Shown here: piece after piece, positions 1 through 9,346 of the stretch
Position numbering within the stretch: position 1 is the first letter of the stretch
Layout: every line of letters begins with the position of its first letter
Assembly (NCBI GenBank): GCA_018302765.1
Contig: JAGVZG010000001.1
Span: forward strand, 68,482-132,481
Length of the DNA: 64,000 nucleotides
Reading direction: 5' to 3'
Source: Candidatus Woesearchaeota archaeon
GTDB lineage: Archaea > Nanobdellota > Nanobdellia > SCGC-AAA011-G17 > GW2011-AR18
Notes under the pieces: generated by a model
The model's database searches: none
The model's input: the letters and a program-made list of their open reading frames with translations, nothing else
What the model was told of the DNA's origin: nothing
Program-made: the position numbers and the translations under genes

Positions 1-233
1 TAGATAAGAATACATTTGTAAATATATTGTCTTATCACGGCAAGGATTTTTCTGTTTGTAAGCACGTAAGCAAGAGTATTTCTGATGTAACTTTAGCATC
101 TGTTATTGTTGATTCTAGTGATCTTAAGATGTATATTGCAAAGGGAGGTCCATGCAAAAATAAACATGAAGTTTATTCTCTTGAGTAATAAGCTTTTTAT
201 ATTATTTTGTACTTGTATATTTGAGGTGATTTA

Positions 234-512
234 ATGGTAAAAAAAGTTAATAGTAAAAAACTTAGTGATTCTAAAAAGTTTAACGTTATGGTTTATAGAA
301 CTCAAAGTTGTCCATATTGCCACATGGTTGAAGAATTTTTAAAAGAGAATAAGATTAAATATAAATCAATAGACGTAGGTAGAGATCAAAAGGCTGCTCA
401 GGAAATGATTCAAAAATCTGGGCAGATGGGTGTGCCTGTTATTGATATAAACGGAAAGATAATTGTTGGATTTGATAAAACTGCTTTGAGGAAGACATTA
501 GGAATAAGTTAA
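234..512 (+). CDS. glutaredoxin-like / NrdH-like thiol-disulfide oxidoreductase
   Basis: 92 aa with a CPYC active-site motif (SCPYCHMVEEF) and a thioredoxin-fold length; it sits upstream of thioredoxin reductase. Confidence 0.7.
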   Translation: MVKKVNSKKLSDSKKFNVMVYRTQSCPYCHMVEEFLKENKIKYKSIDVGRDQKAAQEMIQKSGQMGVPVIDINGKIIVGFDKTALRKTLGIS

Positions 513-568
513 AATTTATCTGATTAAGAACAACAATTTTAATATACAACTGTGTTTAAGAAAAAAAT

Positions 569-1066
569 ATGACAGTGCATTATTTTGGTGGTGGCAATGA
601 AGATACTAGGGCTGTATATTTAACTAGGGATTCAGATCAGAGTTGGTTAGAAGATTTAGGATTTGATGATTTGGTGCGTAGAGTTCTTGAAATTCATCCA
701 GGATTAGAAGCAGTTGATACATCAGTAAGATATGCTAGGATTCCTTTATCATCTGAGCGCGGGACACGAGACCTTGTACTTGATGGAAGCGTAGCTAGGG
801 TTTATATTAAGGCGGTTCCTCATAATGATATAAAAATAGAAGTTTGGGCATATAAAGATAACAAGCGAGTATGGGTTAGAGTTTATCATAATGGTTTAAA
901 TTATTCTGAAGATGAAATAAGAAGCTCTATGGATTCTATTATCAGAGGTAGATTAATACCTGAAGGTTTCTCACATTTATTTTCTACAGTTGAGGATGTA
1001 CCAGTAATGTTTAAGCAGGCTTCTGTGGTTAGAGTAAAACCAATTGAACGTCTAGTTTTTTCGTGA
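569..1066 (+). CDS. hypothetical protein (GC-elevated relative to surroundings)
   Basis: 165-aa ORF with no recognisable motif; composition differs from its neighbours. Confidence 0.4.
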   Translation: MTVHYFGGGNEDTRAVYLTRDSDQSWLEDLGFDDLVRRVLEIHPGLEAVDTSVRYARIPLSSERGTRDLVLDGSVARVYIKAVPHNDIKIEVWAYKDNKRVWVRVYHNGLNYSEDEIRSSMDSIIRGRLIPEGFSHLFSTVEDVPVMFKQASVVRVKPIERLVFS

Positions 1067-1100
1067 TTAATTTTATATATATGTTTATTTTTTAGTTTGT

Positions 1101-2024
1101 ATGAAAAAGGAGTATGACTGCGTTATTGTGGGTGCTGGTCCTGCTGGAATTACTGCTTCAATATATCTAGCTAGGACGCAGCTCAGTTGCTTAGTTATAG
1201 GAAAATGGAAGCTAGGGAATTTGTATAAAGCACATATAGTCGGAAACTATCCTGGTTTTTCTAATGATGTAAGTGGTGCTTTCTTAATTGATGAGATGAT
1301 TAAGCAGGCCAAGAGATTTGGAGCTGAGTTTTTAGAAGAAGAAATTATAGCTGTGGATAAAAAAGGAGATAATTTTTTTATTAGCACAGATACAAAAAAA
1401 GAGTTTAAGTCAAAAACATTAATTCTTTGTCCTGGAAGGGCTTATAAGATGAGCAACATAAAAAATGAGAAAGAATTAATAGGCAAGGGAGTTTCCTACT
1501 GTGTTACATGCGATGGCTTTTTTTTCAAGAATAAGAAAGTTGCTTTGCTTGGAAGCAAAAATCTTGCTGCAGGTGAAGCTTTAGAATTGCTTACTTATAC
1601 CAAAGATATTACTATATTCACAAATGGAAGAAATCCTGAGTTTTCTGAAGTTTTGATGAAAGAAATACAGAAAAATGGTATAAAAATTAAGAAAGAAAAA
1701 GTTGTTGAGTTTAAGATGGGTGATGGTGGTTTCTTAGAGTATCTTGTTTTTGAAAATGGAGACAGAGAAAAATTTGATGGTGCTTTTATAGCTTTAGGAA
1801 CTACCTCTGCTTTGAATTTTGCCACAAGATTAGGATTAGAACTTTCTGATACTAATCTAAAGGTTGATAAGAATTGTAAAACAAATCTTGATGGAGTTTG
1901 GGCTGCAGGAGATTGCATAGGTAGCAATGCGCAGGCTGTTGTGAGTGCTGGAGATGGATGCAGTGCAGCAATATCTGTTATAAAATACATTAAAGGAAAA
2001 AATGTTTATCTAGATTATGAGTAA
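1101..2024 (+). CDS. trxB: thioredoxin-disulfide reductase
   Basis: FAD-binding GAGPAG near the N-terminus, redox-active CVTCDG, and a second nucleotide-binding motif; ~307 aa. Confidence 0.8.
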   Translation: MKKEYDCVIVGAGPAGITASIYLARTQLSCLVIGKWKLGNLYKAHIVGNYPGFSNDVSGAFLIDEMIKQAKRFGAEFLEEEIIAVDKKGDNFFISTDTKKEFKSKTLILCPGRAYKMSNIKNEKELIGKGVSYCVTCDGFFFKNKKVALLGSKNLAAGEALELLTYTKDITIFTNGRNPEFSEVLMKEIQKNGIKIKKEKVVEFKMGDGGFLEYLVFENGDREKFDGAFIALGTTSALNFATRLGLELSDTNLKVDKNCKTNLDGVWAAGDCIGSNAQAVVSAGDGCSAAISVIKYIKGKNVYLDYE

Positions 2025-2151
2025 AAATTATTATAAATGCAGCAAGTGTGGAATTAAATATAGAAATAAGAAGTGGGCAAATAAGTGTTATAAATGGTGC
2101 AGTAAGCATAAAAGCTGCAATATTGAAATCATTAAACATGCAAATCAATAA
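2017..2151 (+). CDS. small Cys-rich Zn-ribbon-like ORF (44 aa), not in the ORF track
   Basis: The ATG overlaps the trxB stop in another frame. The product is MSKNYYKCSKCGIKYRNKKWANKCYKWCSKHKSCNIEIIKHANQ, with five Cys in CxxC-type spacing. Confidence 0.3.
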   Translation: MSKNYYKCSKCGIKYRNKKWANKCYKWCSKHKSCNIEIIKHANQ

Positions 2152-2281
2152 ATGATATATAGTTTATTTATTATGGACTAGTTATTATAATTTTAATGGA
2201 AACATTATCAATAATGAATAACCAAAATTAGATTAGAAATATTTTTATATATGTTATTTTATTAATTTAGTAGGTGGTAAC

Positions 2282-2737
2282 TTGAAAAAAGTCTTTGTTT
2301 TATTATTAATGTTGTTAGTTTCTTTAGTTGCTTTTGCTTGCACAAGCCAGAGGGACGATCCAAGTATAAAGATAGTTGACACGCCAAAAAATACTCAAGA
2401 AAGTAGTTCTTCCTCAACACAAGAGCAACAAAAAAATACCCAAAGTCCAGGAGTTGGGCAAGTTAGGGAGTTTACTATTCATGGTTCAAGCTTTAAGCTT
2501 ACTTCTTCTGATATTAAAGTTAAGAAAGGAGATAAGGTAAGAATAAATTATGTATCGGATGACATAGGACATAATTTTGTGATTAGTGAATTTGATATTA
2601 AAACTAATATAATTACTAAAGATCAAACTGAAGTCGTTGAGTTTATTGCTGATAAGGAAGGAACTTTTTCAATGTTCTGTAGCGTTGGTAGCCATAGGGC
2701 TTTAGGAATGGAAGGAAAACTAATAGTAGAACCTTAA
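2282..2737 (+). CDS. cupredoxin (blue copper) lipoprotein
   Basis: Signal peptide followed by Cys (LVAFAC). Type-1 Cu ligands are present: H in GHNF and a C-x2-G-x-H-x3-G-M pattern (FCSVGSHRALGM). Confidence 0.65.
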   Translation: MKKVFVLLLMLLVSLVAFACTSQRDDPSIKIVDTPKNTQESSSSSTQEQQKNTQSPGVGQVREFTIHGSSFKLTSSDIKVKKGDKVRINYVSDDIGHNFVISEFDIKTNIITKDQTEVVEFIADKEGTFSMFCSVGSHRALGMEGKLIVEP

Positions 2738-2991
2738 CAATCTTTTTTATCTTCTTTTTTAAGACTATTATAAACTAGTCCAACTACAGCACCTACTAAT
2801 CCTGTACCAGCAGCAGTGTACAATAAATTCTTCGGGTCTGTTGCACTCATATAATATGCGCATCCTGGAGATAGCCTATAAGTGCTATTTGCAAATTCGT
2901 CTACTCCTCTATTAAATGATGGAGAAATTTCTAGACAAAGTAATGTAGTTAATGATGCTAGTCCAATTATTTTTCCTATTGCATTTGACAT
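2734..2991 (-). CDS. small putative membrane protein
   Basis: 85-aa ORF with a hydrophobic Gly/Ala-rich segment. It lies downstream of eno and overlaps an opposite-strand ORF judged spurious. Confidence 0.25.
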   Translation of the reverse strand: MSNAIGKIIGLASLTTLLCLEISPSFNRGVDEFANSTYRLSPGCAYYMSATDPKNLLYTAAGTGLVGAVVGLVYNSLKKEDKKDC

Positions 2992-3109
2992 TTTTACCTC
3001 TAAATTTGGAGAATTTTATAATTTATATACCTTTCTATTGTTGTATCTAATTAGTGGTAAATTCTGGAAAAGTTTATGTATTGTAATTTTGGCAGTCATG
3101 TTTTCAGGC

Positions 3110-4348
3110 TTAGAATTTTGCATATTTTGCTTTTTTACCCAGATCTTCTTCTATTTTTAATAACCTGTTGAATTTTGCTGTCCTTTCTCCTCTGCAAGGA
3201 GCACCTAATTTAATTTGACCGCAACCTAATGCAACTGCAAGATCTGCTATAAAAGTATCTTCTGTTTCTCCACTTCTATGACTAATCATTGTTTTCCATT
3301 TTGCTTTTGTTGCAAGCTTGAATGCTTCCAGAGCTTCTGTTAAAGTGCCTATTTGGTTGAGTTTTAATAGTAAACAATTGCATAAGTTTCCTTTTACTAC
3401 ATATTCTATTCTATTTTTATTTGTTGCCAATAAGTCATCTCCAACAATCTGTATTCTTATTTTTTTCTTCAGTTCTTTGTAAGCAGAGAAATCATCTTGG
3501 TCAAATGGGTCTTCCAATGATATTATAGGGTATTTCTTTATTAGGTCTTTATAATATTCTATGAGCTTATCTGAATTTAGCATCTTGTCTGGCTCTACTT
3601 TGTATTGGGTTCCTGTATAAAATTCTGATGCTGCTGCGTCTATGGCAAGTTTGACTTCATTTGTGTAATTATTTTCTTCTATTGCCTTTGATAGCATATC
3701 AAGGGCTTCACTAGGAGATTTTATTGGAGGAGCAAATCCTCCTTCATCTCCTACATGAGTTGCTAATTTTCCATATTTATCATCTAAATTTTGTTTTAGT
3801 GTGTAGTAAATTTCTGCTGCCATCTGTGTTGCTTGAGAGAATGATTTTGCTTTTATAGGAACTATCATAAATTCTTGTAACTGTAAGTCTCCTTCTGAGT
3901 GCCTTCCACCATTAATTATATTGCAAAAAGGTATTGGAATTATTGTTTTATTTCCTAAGTATTTGTATAAAGGTTTGTTTAATAAATTTGATGCAGCTAC
4001 AGCTACTGCAAGAGAAACAGCAAGCGTTGCATTCGCTCCCAAGTTTGACTTGTTAGGAGTGCCATCTAGATCTACAATTAAATTATCTATATCTTGCTGT
4101 TTTGTGATTTCTTTTCCTATTAATTTTGGAGCTATTAATTTATGTATATTATTGATTGCTTTGTACACTGATTTTCCATGATATTGTCTTTCTTTATCCC
4201 TAAGTTCCAGCGCCTCATATTTTCCAGTTGATGCTCCAGATGGAACTATTGCTGACCCTTTTGATTTTTCTGTAAACACTTCGCATTCTATAGTTGGGTT
4301 TCCTCTTGAATCTAGAACTTGCCTTGCTTTTATTTTTGTTATTTTCAT
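3110..4348 (-). CDS. eno: enolase (phosphopyruvate hydratase)
   Basis: 412 aa with the enolase signature SHRSGETED and conserved Mg-binding/catalytic regions. Confidence 0.9.
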   Translation of the reverse strand: MKITKIKARQVLDSRGNPTIECEVFTEKSKGSAIVPSGASTGKYEALELRDKERQYHGKSVYKAINNIHKLIAPKLIGKEITKQQDIDNLIVDLDGTPNKSNLGANATLAVSLAVAVAASNLLNKPLYKYLGNKTIIPIPFCNIINGGRHSEGDLQLQEFMIVPIKAKSFSQATQMAAEIYYTLKQNLDDKYGKLATHVGDEGGFAPPIKSPSEALDMLSKAIEENNYTNEVKLAIDAAASEFYTGTQYKVEPDKMLNSDKLIEYYKDLIKKYPIISLEDPFDQDDFSAYKELKKKIRIQIVGDDLLATNKNRIEYVVKGNLCNCLLLKLNQIGTLTEALEAFKLATKAKWKTMISHRSGETEDTFIADLAVALGCGQIKLGAPCRGERTAKFNRLLKIEEDLGKKAKYAKF

Positions 4349-4407
4349 CTCTTTTAATAATTTATAATTGAAAATGTTATTTATATTGGTTTTGGATTCT
4401 TAAATAA

Positions 4408-4647
4408 TCAAATTAATTCTACTCCTCTTAAATATTTGAAATCATTGTCTTTTGTTACAAGACCAATATCATTCATTATTGATGTTGTGAAGATTATTGA
4501 ATCTATTAAACCTATTTTTTTATTTATCTTTCTTAGTTCAATGTAATTTTTGCCGCAATTTATTTTGGCTTTAAAAATTTCTGTCATATTATAATATATT
4601 ATAATTATATTTATAAGCTTTTCTTTATAGTTTTTGAATATTTTCAA
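4408..4647 (-). pseudogene. PIN-domain (VapC-like) C-terminal fragment
   Basis: 79 aa. The C-terminus GLIDSIIFTTSIMNDIGLVTKDNDFKYLRGVELI resembles the last PIN helix/strand (xxTxDxDF). The N-terminal acidic catalytic region is absent. Confidence 0.3.
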
Positions 4648-4722
4648 TAGCGTAAAATGATAAAGTAAAATAGATTTCTTAGAAGAGATTTATTTAAATA
4701 ATTTTGATTTAATTTAGTTTTC

Positions 4723-6333
4723 ATGACTAGTTTTACTGCTGATGAAATTGCTTTATTGGCAAGATATGTTTCGGACCCTAATGAAAATATATTTGTTGTT
4801 AGTGGATTAACCGGTATAATTGGTGCAGTTTATGCGCGTTATAGTAGATCACCAACAGGTTTTAGAGAGACATTTCTTAGAGAATTCTTGAATAATGGAA
4901 ATTTGGATCCGAGAAGAGCAGATGAATTAATAGAGAGGGTCTTGGTTGCATATGGTGATGATTCTGTTGGCGAACTTGAGGGGACTCATCTGTCTATTGA
5001 GAACATATCTATTTTAGCCACAAAAGAAATTGAAGACAGGAGAATAGGTGGCTCTCCAATAGAACAATCAACCAGGTACATAATATATAATACTAAAGAT
5101 GATAATGGGAGATTTAGGTTTTTTAGAGATCCTAAAATTATGGCTTCTGAATTTGGACAAAGATGTGAAGACACACTTAATTTTGTTTTTCAAACTTATT
5201 CTGAATTAGTCTCTTTATTGCAAGATTATTTTAAAAAATTAAAACCTATTGAAGATACACAGTATGCTATTAGAGCTGGAGATGAAAGGGAGTATATGCT
5301 TAGTGATTTATCAGAAGAAAGAGACTTAAGAGCTTTTAGATTGACTTATAAGAATGATATTAAGACAAAGGCATGTGATGTAACCAGAGTTTTATTACCT
5401 GCTGCAACATTAACCAATATTGGTATTTTTGGCAATGGAAGATTTTTTCAGGGTTTGCTTTCACATTTATATACGTTAGATGCTTTTGAAATGAATGATA
5501 TTGCTGCTAGGGCACATACTGCTTTGAATACAGTGATGCCAAGATATGTCAAGAGAGCTAGCCGTAGTTATTATCTGCATTCTGTTGATGAGAATATGAA
5601 AGATTTATCTAATAGTATTTTTAGCAGTGTAACTCCAGATAATGATGAGGATGTTGTTTTGCTTGATAATCCAAAGAATGATAAGGAGTATATGGATTTT
5701 TTATTGGCTGTAATGTTGTATAAATATTCATTATGTCCTATGAGGCAAATTAGAAGTGTTATTAGTAAATTACCAGATGAAAGAAAAATTGAGATTTTTA
5801 ATACTTATATTTGTAATAGAGAAAATAGAAGAAACAGGCCAGGCAGGGCTTTAGAATTTGGATATCCTTTGACTTTTGATTTAACTTTAGACTATGGAGA
5901 CTATAGGGATTTAGAAAGGCATAGAATATTGACACAAGAAAGACAAATGTTAACTCCTGATATTGATTTTGTAATATCTGATGAAATAGATGCAGTTGGT
6001 TTTAGAGGCAGAGTAAATGAAGCAGTTGAAAGGTCTGCTGAGCTTTATAATTTACTAAAGAAAGATTTTCCTTATGAAGCACAGTATGCTGTTTTACTTG
6101 GATTTAAAATTAGATGGATGGTGGGAATGAATCCTAGAGAAGCTATGCATATGCTGGAACTAAGAACTGGAAAGCAAGGCCATCCAAGATATAGGGCTAT
6201 GTGTCAGTCAATGCATAACTTGATTTCTCAGAGATGGCCTTTAATTGGTGAATCCATGAGTTTTGTTGACCATAGATCTTATTATTGGAGCAGAGCAGAG
6301 TCTGAAGCTGGTCAAAGAAGGAGAGAAAAATAA
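4723..6333 (+). CDS. thyX: long-form flavin-dependent thymidylate synthase-like protein (ThyX-like)
   Basis: Contains an RHR motif (DLERHRILTQE) and an ARYSRS segment reminiscent of ThyX. At 536 aa it is about twice the length of canonical ThyX. Confidence 0.5.
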   Translation: MTSFTADEIALLARYVSDPNENIFVVSGLTGIIGAVYARYSRSPTGFRETFLREFLNNGNLDPRRADELIERVLVAYGDDSVGELEGTHLSIENISILATKEIEDRRIGGSPIEQSTRYIIYNTKDDNGRFRFFRDPKIMASEFGQRCEDTLNFVFQTYSELVSLLQDYFKKLKPIEDTQYAIRAGDEREYMLSDLSEERDLRAFRLTYKNDIKTKACDVTRVLLPAATLTNIGIFGNGRFFQGLLSHLYTLDAFEMNDIAARAHTALNTVMPRYVKRASRSYYLHSVDENMKDLSNSIFSSVTPDNDEDVVLLDNPKNDKEYMDFLLAVMLYKYSLCPMRQIRSVISKLPDERKIEIFNTYICNRENRRNRPGRALEFGYPLTFDLTLDYGDYRDLERHRILTQERQMLTPDIDFVISDEIDAVGFRGRVNEAVERSAELYNLLKKDFPYEAQYAVLLGFKIRWMVGMNPREAMHMLELRTGKQGHPRYRAMCQSMHNLISQRWPLIGESMSFVDHRSYYWSRAESEAGQRRREK

Positions 6334-6407
6334 TTATTTAGTTAATATACATTCTGCATAATCGAAATTTATTTTTATTAGTATTATTGTTTATATTTTG
6401 ATGCTAT

Positions 6408-7349
6408 TTGATTAATCGTGAATATTTTAATTATGATATGTTAAGACTATTCTGGTATTTTGTATGTGAGAGACAGAGCGTCTGGTATAAGCGTTTTTGT
6501 TGTAAATTAGATCCGCCATGGACCAAAGATATAATTTTACAAAAAGAGAGATTTACTAATGTTTATAGAGAATTAGATCCTGGAACGATTTACGCTATTA
6601 ATAATATACTTGAGGTTGATGCTCCAAAACAAGATAAAATTTTCAATACCATGTTCTATCGTTTGGTTGGTAGTTCCAATACTCACAAAGAAGTTGGATT
6701 TCAGAAACTAAGTTATTTTAATCCAGAGCATTTAGAGGCAAAGATGAAATATATTAGGGACGTTGAAAAGAAGTCTGTTTTTACTGCAGCTTATATGGTT
6801 AGTGGTTATTCCAAAATGGGTTCAAAAGATAAGGTAGAAAATGTTGTCAGGTTATTTACCAAACTGAGAAATTCTTTTGACTCTATTTATTCAGATATTC
6901 AAGGTTGCAAGAATTCTGAAGAGGTTTATAATGTTATTAGAGGTTTGTATGGTTTTGGCAATTTTTTATCATATCAGATATTGGTTGACTTGCTTTATCC
7001 TTTGAGAATATGTAAAGGCAAGAGTCTTTTACCTTATTCACATGATGACTGGGCAAGTGCAGGGCCTGGAGCAAAAATAGGAATCGAATTATTATTGAAA
7101 AAAGGCTTAAAGTTTAGCAATCTTGATGTAATGATGTGGTTAAGAAAAAATCAGTGTGAAGAATTTTTGAGGTTTGGCTTAAATTTTAATTATTTAACTG
7201 ATGACAAAGGTGATAAAATTGAGCTGTCTTTAGCAAACATACAGAACTGCCTTTGCGAATTTCATAAATACATTAAGATTAGGGATGGAACTGGAAGAGG
7301 AAGAAGAAAGTTTACTAGTGGTTTTTTTAATGTAAACAAAATATCCTAA
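6408..7349 (+). CDS. hypothetical protein (Trp/Tyr-rich N-terminus, no P-loop)
   Basis: 313-aa ORF. Its stop overlaps the convergent HIT gene. It is adjacent to the ThyX-like gene. Confidence 0.45.
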   Translation: MINREYFNYDMLRLFWYFVCERQSVWYKRFCCKLDPPWTKDIILQKERFTNVYRELDPGTIYAINNILEVDAPKQDKIFNTMFYRLVGSSNTHKEVGFQKLSYFNPEHLEAKMKYIRDVEKKSVFTAAYMVSGYSKMGSKDKVENVVRLFTKLRNSFDSIYSDIQGCKNSEEVYNVIRGLYGFGNFLSYQILVDLLYPLRICKGKSLLPYSHDDWASAGPGAKIGIELLLKKGLKFSNLDVMMWLRKNQCEEFLRFGLNFNYLTDDKGDKIELSLANIQNCLCEFHKYIKIRDGTGRGRRKFTSGFFNVNKIS

Positions 7350-7786
7350 TTTGATTTCAACATTCTTTTCATTTCCCTATGCAGTTTTAAAAATTCTTCA
7401 GATGATACATTCTTTTTTTTGTAAGATTCAATTCTAATTTTGTCTCCCCTATCTCTTGGTATTATGTGAAAATGTGTATGAGGGATTGTCTGGCTAGCTG
7501 ACTTGCCTTCATTAAGCAGAATATTACATCCTTCATGGTTTTTACGTAAAATATTTACAATTAAAATAGTATGAGTCATTAATTCTTTTAGAATATATTG
7601 TGGAACTTCTCCAATATTACAGTAATGTCTTATTGGAATTACCAGTATCTGTCCATCTTGTTTTTCTGGAACTGCATTTGATAAAAATGATATGGTGTGT
7701 TCTTTTCTATGAATTATTTTAAATGGAAGCCCATCTGAATGAGTTTTTCTTTCACCGTCTACAAATTGGCAAAAAATACATTGCAT
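7346..7786 (-). CDS. HIT-family (histidine triad) nucleotide hydrolase
   Basis: Histidine triad HTHFHIIPR (HxHxHxx) and an N-terminal CxxC. Confidence 0.75.
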   Translation of the reverse strand: MQCIFCQFVDGERKTHSDGLPFKIIHRKEHTISFLSNAVPEKQDGQILVIPIRHYCNIGEVPQYILKELMTHTILIVNILRKNHEGCNILLNEGKSASQTIPHTHFHIIPRDRGDKIRIESYKKKNVSSEEFLKLHREMKRMLKSN

Positions 7787-7870
7787 GAATTTTTGGGACT
7801 CTGCTTGTATTAAAAAGTTTCTAATTTGTATCTTAAAAATTATACCTAGAAAAAATTAAAAAATAAAAAT

Positions 7871-8623
7871 TTATTTTAATAAAACCATTTTTAAGTCTTC
7901 TATTTTGAATACAACGTTAACATTTGCATTTATATTAACTTGTTCTGGTTGTATTGGTGTTTCTTCTCTTTTAGCAGTGCTTTCTGCTGTTAACATATCT
8001 GTATTATAATATCTGTAATATGGAGTTATTGGTGTTTCCAAAGATATGGATTTTATGCCTTTTATTTTGAAACTAACAGACAATCCTAATTTTTTTGCTC
8101 TTTCTCTTGCATTTTCTCCAGCTTTAGCCAGCGCTTCCTGATATATTTCTTCTTTTTTCTCTTCAGACAGCGTGAACTGCAAATTATTTATGTTTTCAAC
8201 ACCATTCTTTGAAGCTAGGTCTATATATTTTCCGATCTTATCAATGTTTTTTGTTTTAATCTGCATTGAATTAATCACCTGAAAGTCTTTGTCAACATAC
8301 TTGTTATTCTCCCAGACAGTTCTTTTATTAGTGTAATAATTAATAGTTTGTATTTCTTTTTCTGTCATTCCAGCTTCTAATAGTACCTTAATTAAGTTAT
8401 TTGCAAGTTCTAAATTCATTTGTTGCGCTTCTAATATAGTGTCTGCCCTAGTTATTAAGTTGAAAGTAATTTCTGCTTGGTCAGGATCAACTTTTGTTGA
8501 ATATGAGCCTGTTATTGCTATTGTTTTTATCTCTTCGACTTTAGTCTGATATATTAAAAACAAAGATATTAATACCAGACCTATTGCCAAAATTATTGTT
8601 AGTATTGTGTTTTTGTTTTCCAT
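7871..8623 (-). CDS. SIMPL/DUF541-like secreted protein
   Basis: N-terminal TM/signal segment. The residue pattern (ITGSYSTKVDPDQAEITF... LGLSVSFKIKGI) is typical of the SIMPL domain; 250 aa. Confidence 0.5.
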   Translation of the reverse strand: MENKNTILTIILAIGLVLISLFLIYQTKVEEIKTIAITGSYSTKVDPDQAEITFNLITRADTILEAQQMNLELANNLIKVLLEAGMTEKEIQTINYYTNKRTVWENNKYVDKDFQVINSMQIKTKNIDKIGKYIDLASKNGVENINNLQFTLSEEKKEEIYQEALAKAGENARERAKKLGLSVSFKIKGIKSISLETPITPYYRYYNTDMLTAESTAKREETPIQPEQVNINANVNVVFKIEDLKMVLLK

Positions 8624-8724
8624 AAAAGTATGAAAATCAAACTTATTTAAATAGCTTTTTTAGACTTCAAATCAAATTGAAGCTTTAAGAAGGCTTATAT
8701 ATCATTATTTTTATAAAGGTTTTA

Positions 8725-9324
8725 ATGAAACAAGACAAATTTTTACTTGTTAATTTAGAAGATGAAAAATCCAAGAATCTGGCCAATGTTATTTCTTCAG
8801 ACAGTGCAAGAAAGATATTAAATTTATTAACAGACAAGCCTTTGTCTGAAACAGATATTTCTAAGAATTTAAATATTCCATTAACGACTGTGCATTATAA
8901 TATTAGTCAGTTACTTAATGCAAATCTGGTTGAGGTTCATGATTTTTTGTGGAGTGAAAAAGGCAAGAAGATTAATTTTTATAAGTTATCCAATAAGTTT
9001 ATTATTATAGCACCATTGAAAAATTCTAGTTCTTTTATTGACAAATTAAAGGAAATCATTCCTGTTGTGATATTTGGCAGTTTAACTTCATTTGGGATTT
9101 ATATTTATCAGTTGTACAAAAGTAAATTAAGTTTTGATAATATACTTTTAGAGGAGTCTATTGCTGATATACCTTTAAGTATGGCACAAGTTACATCCAG
9201 TGCTCCTGTAATGCCTACATTAAGCACTGATTTTAATTACGCTCTGTGGTTTTTCTTAGGATTTCTGAGCTTCACTTTGGTTTATGTTATTGTTGTTTAT
9301 TTAAAAACAAAGAAGAGACATTAA
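8725..9324 (+). CDS. membrane-anchored winged-helix (ArsR-type) transcriptional regulator
   Basis: N-terminal HTH (ARKILNLLTDKPLSETDISKNLNIPLTTVHYNISQL) followed by two hydrophobic helices at the C-terminus. Confidence 0.55.
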   Translation: MKQDKFLLVNLEDEKSKNLANVISSDSARKILNLLTDKPLSETDISKNLNIPLTTVHYNISQLLNANLVEVHDFLWSEKGKKINFYKLSNKFIIIAPLKNSSSFIDKLKEIIPVVIFGSLTSFGIYIYQLYKSKLSFDNILLEESIADIPLSMAQVTSSAPVMPTLSTDFNYALWFFLGFLSFTLVYVIVVYLKTKKRH

Positions 9325-9346
9325 AGGTATTTTTTATTTTATATGT

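Noticed and set aside
1595-1990. 131-aa ORF antisense to trxB
   Set aside because: It lies entirely inside the well-supported thioredoxin reductase gene. It has low-complexity composition and no motif.
2882-3160. 92-aa plus-strand ORF overlapping the eno 3' end and the 85-aa minus ORF
   Set aside because: It is Phe/Leu-rich low complexity and overlaps the eno stop region. It is less plausible than the minus-strand small membrane protein, which itself is low confidence.
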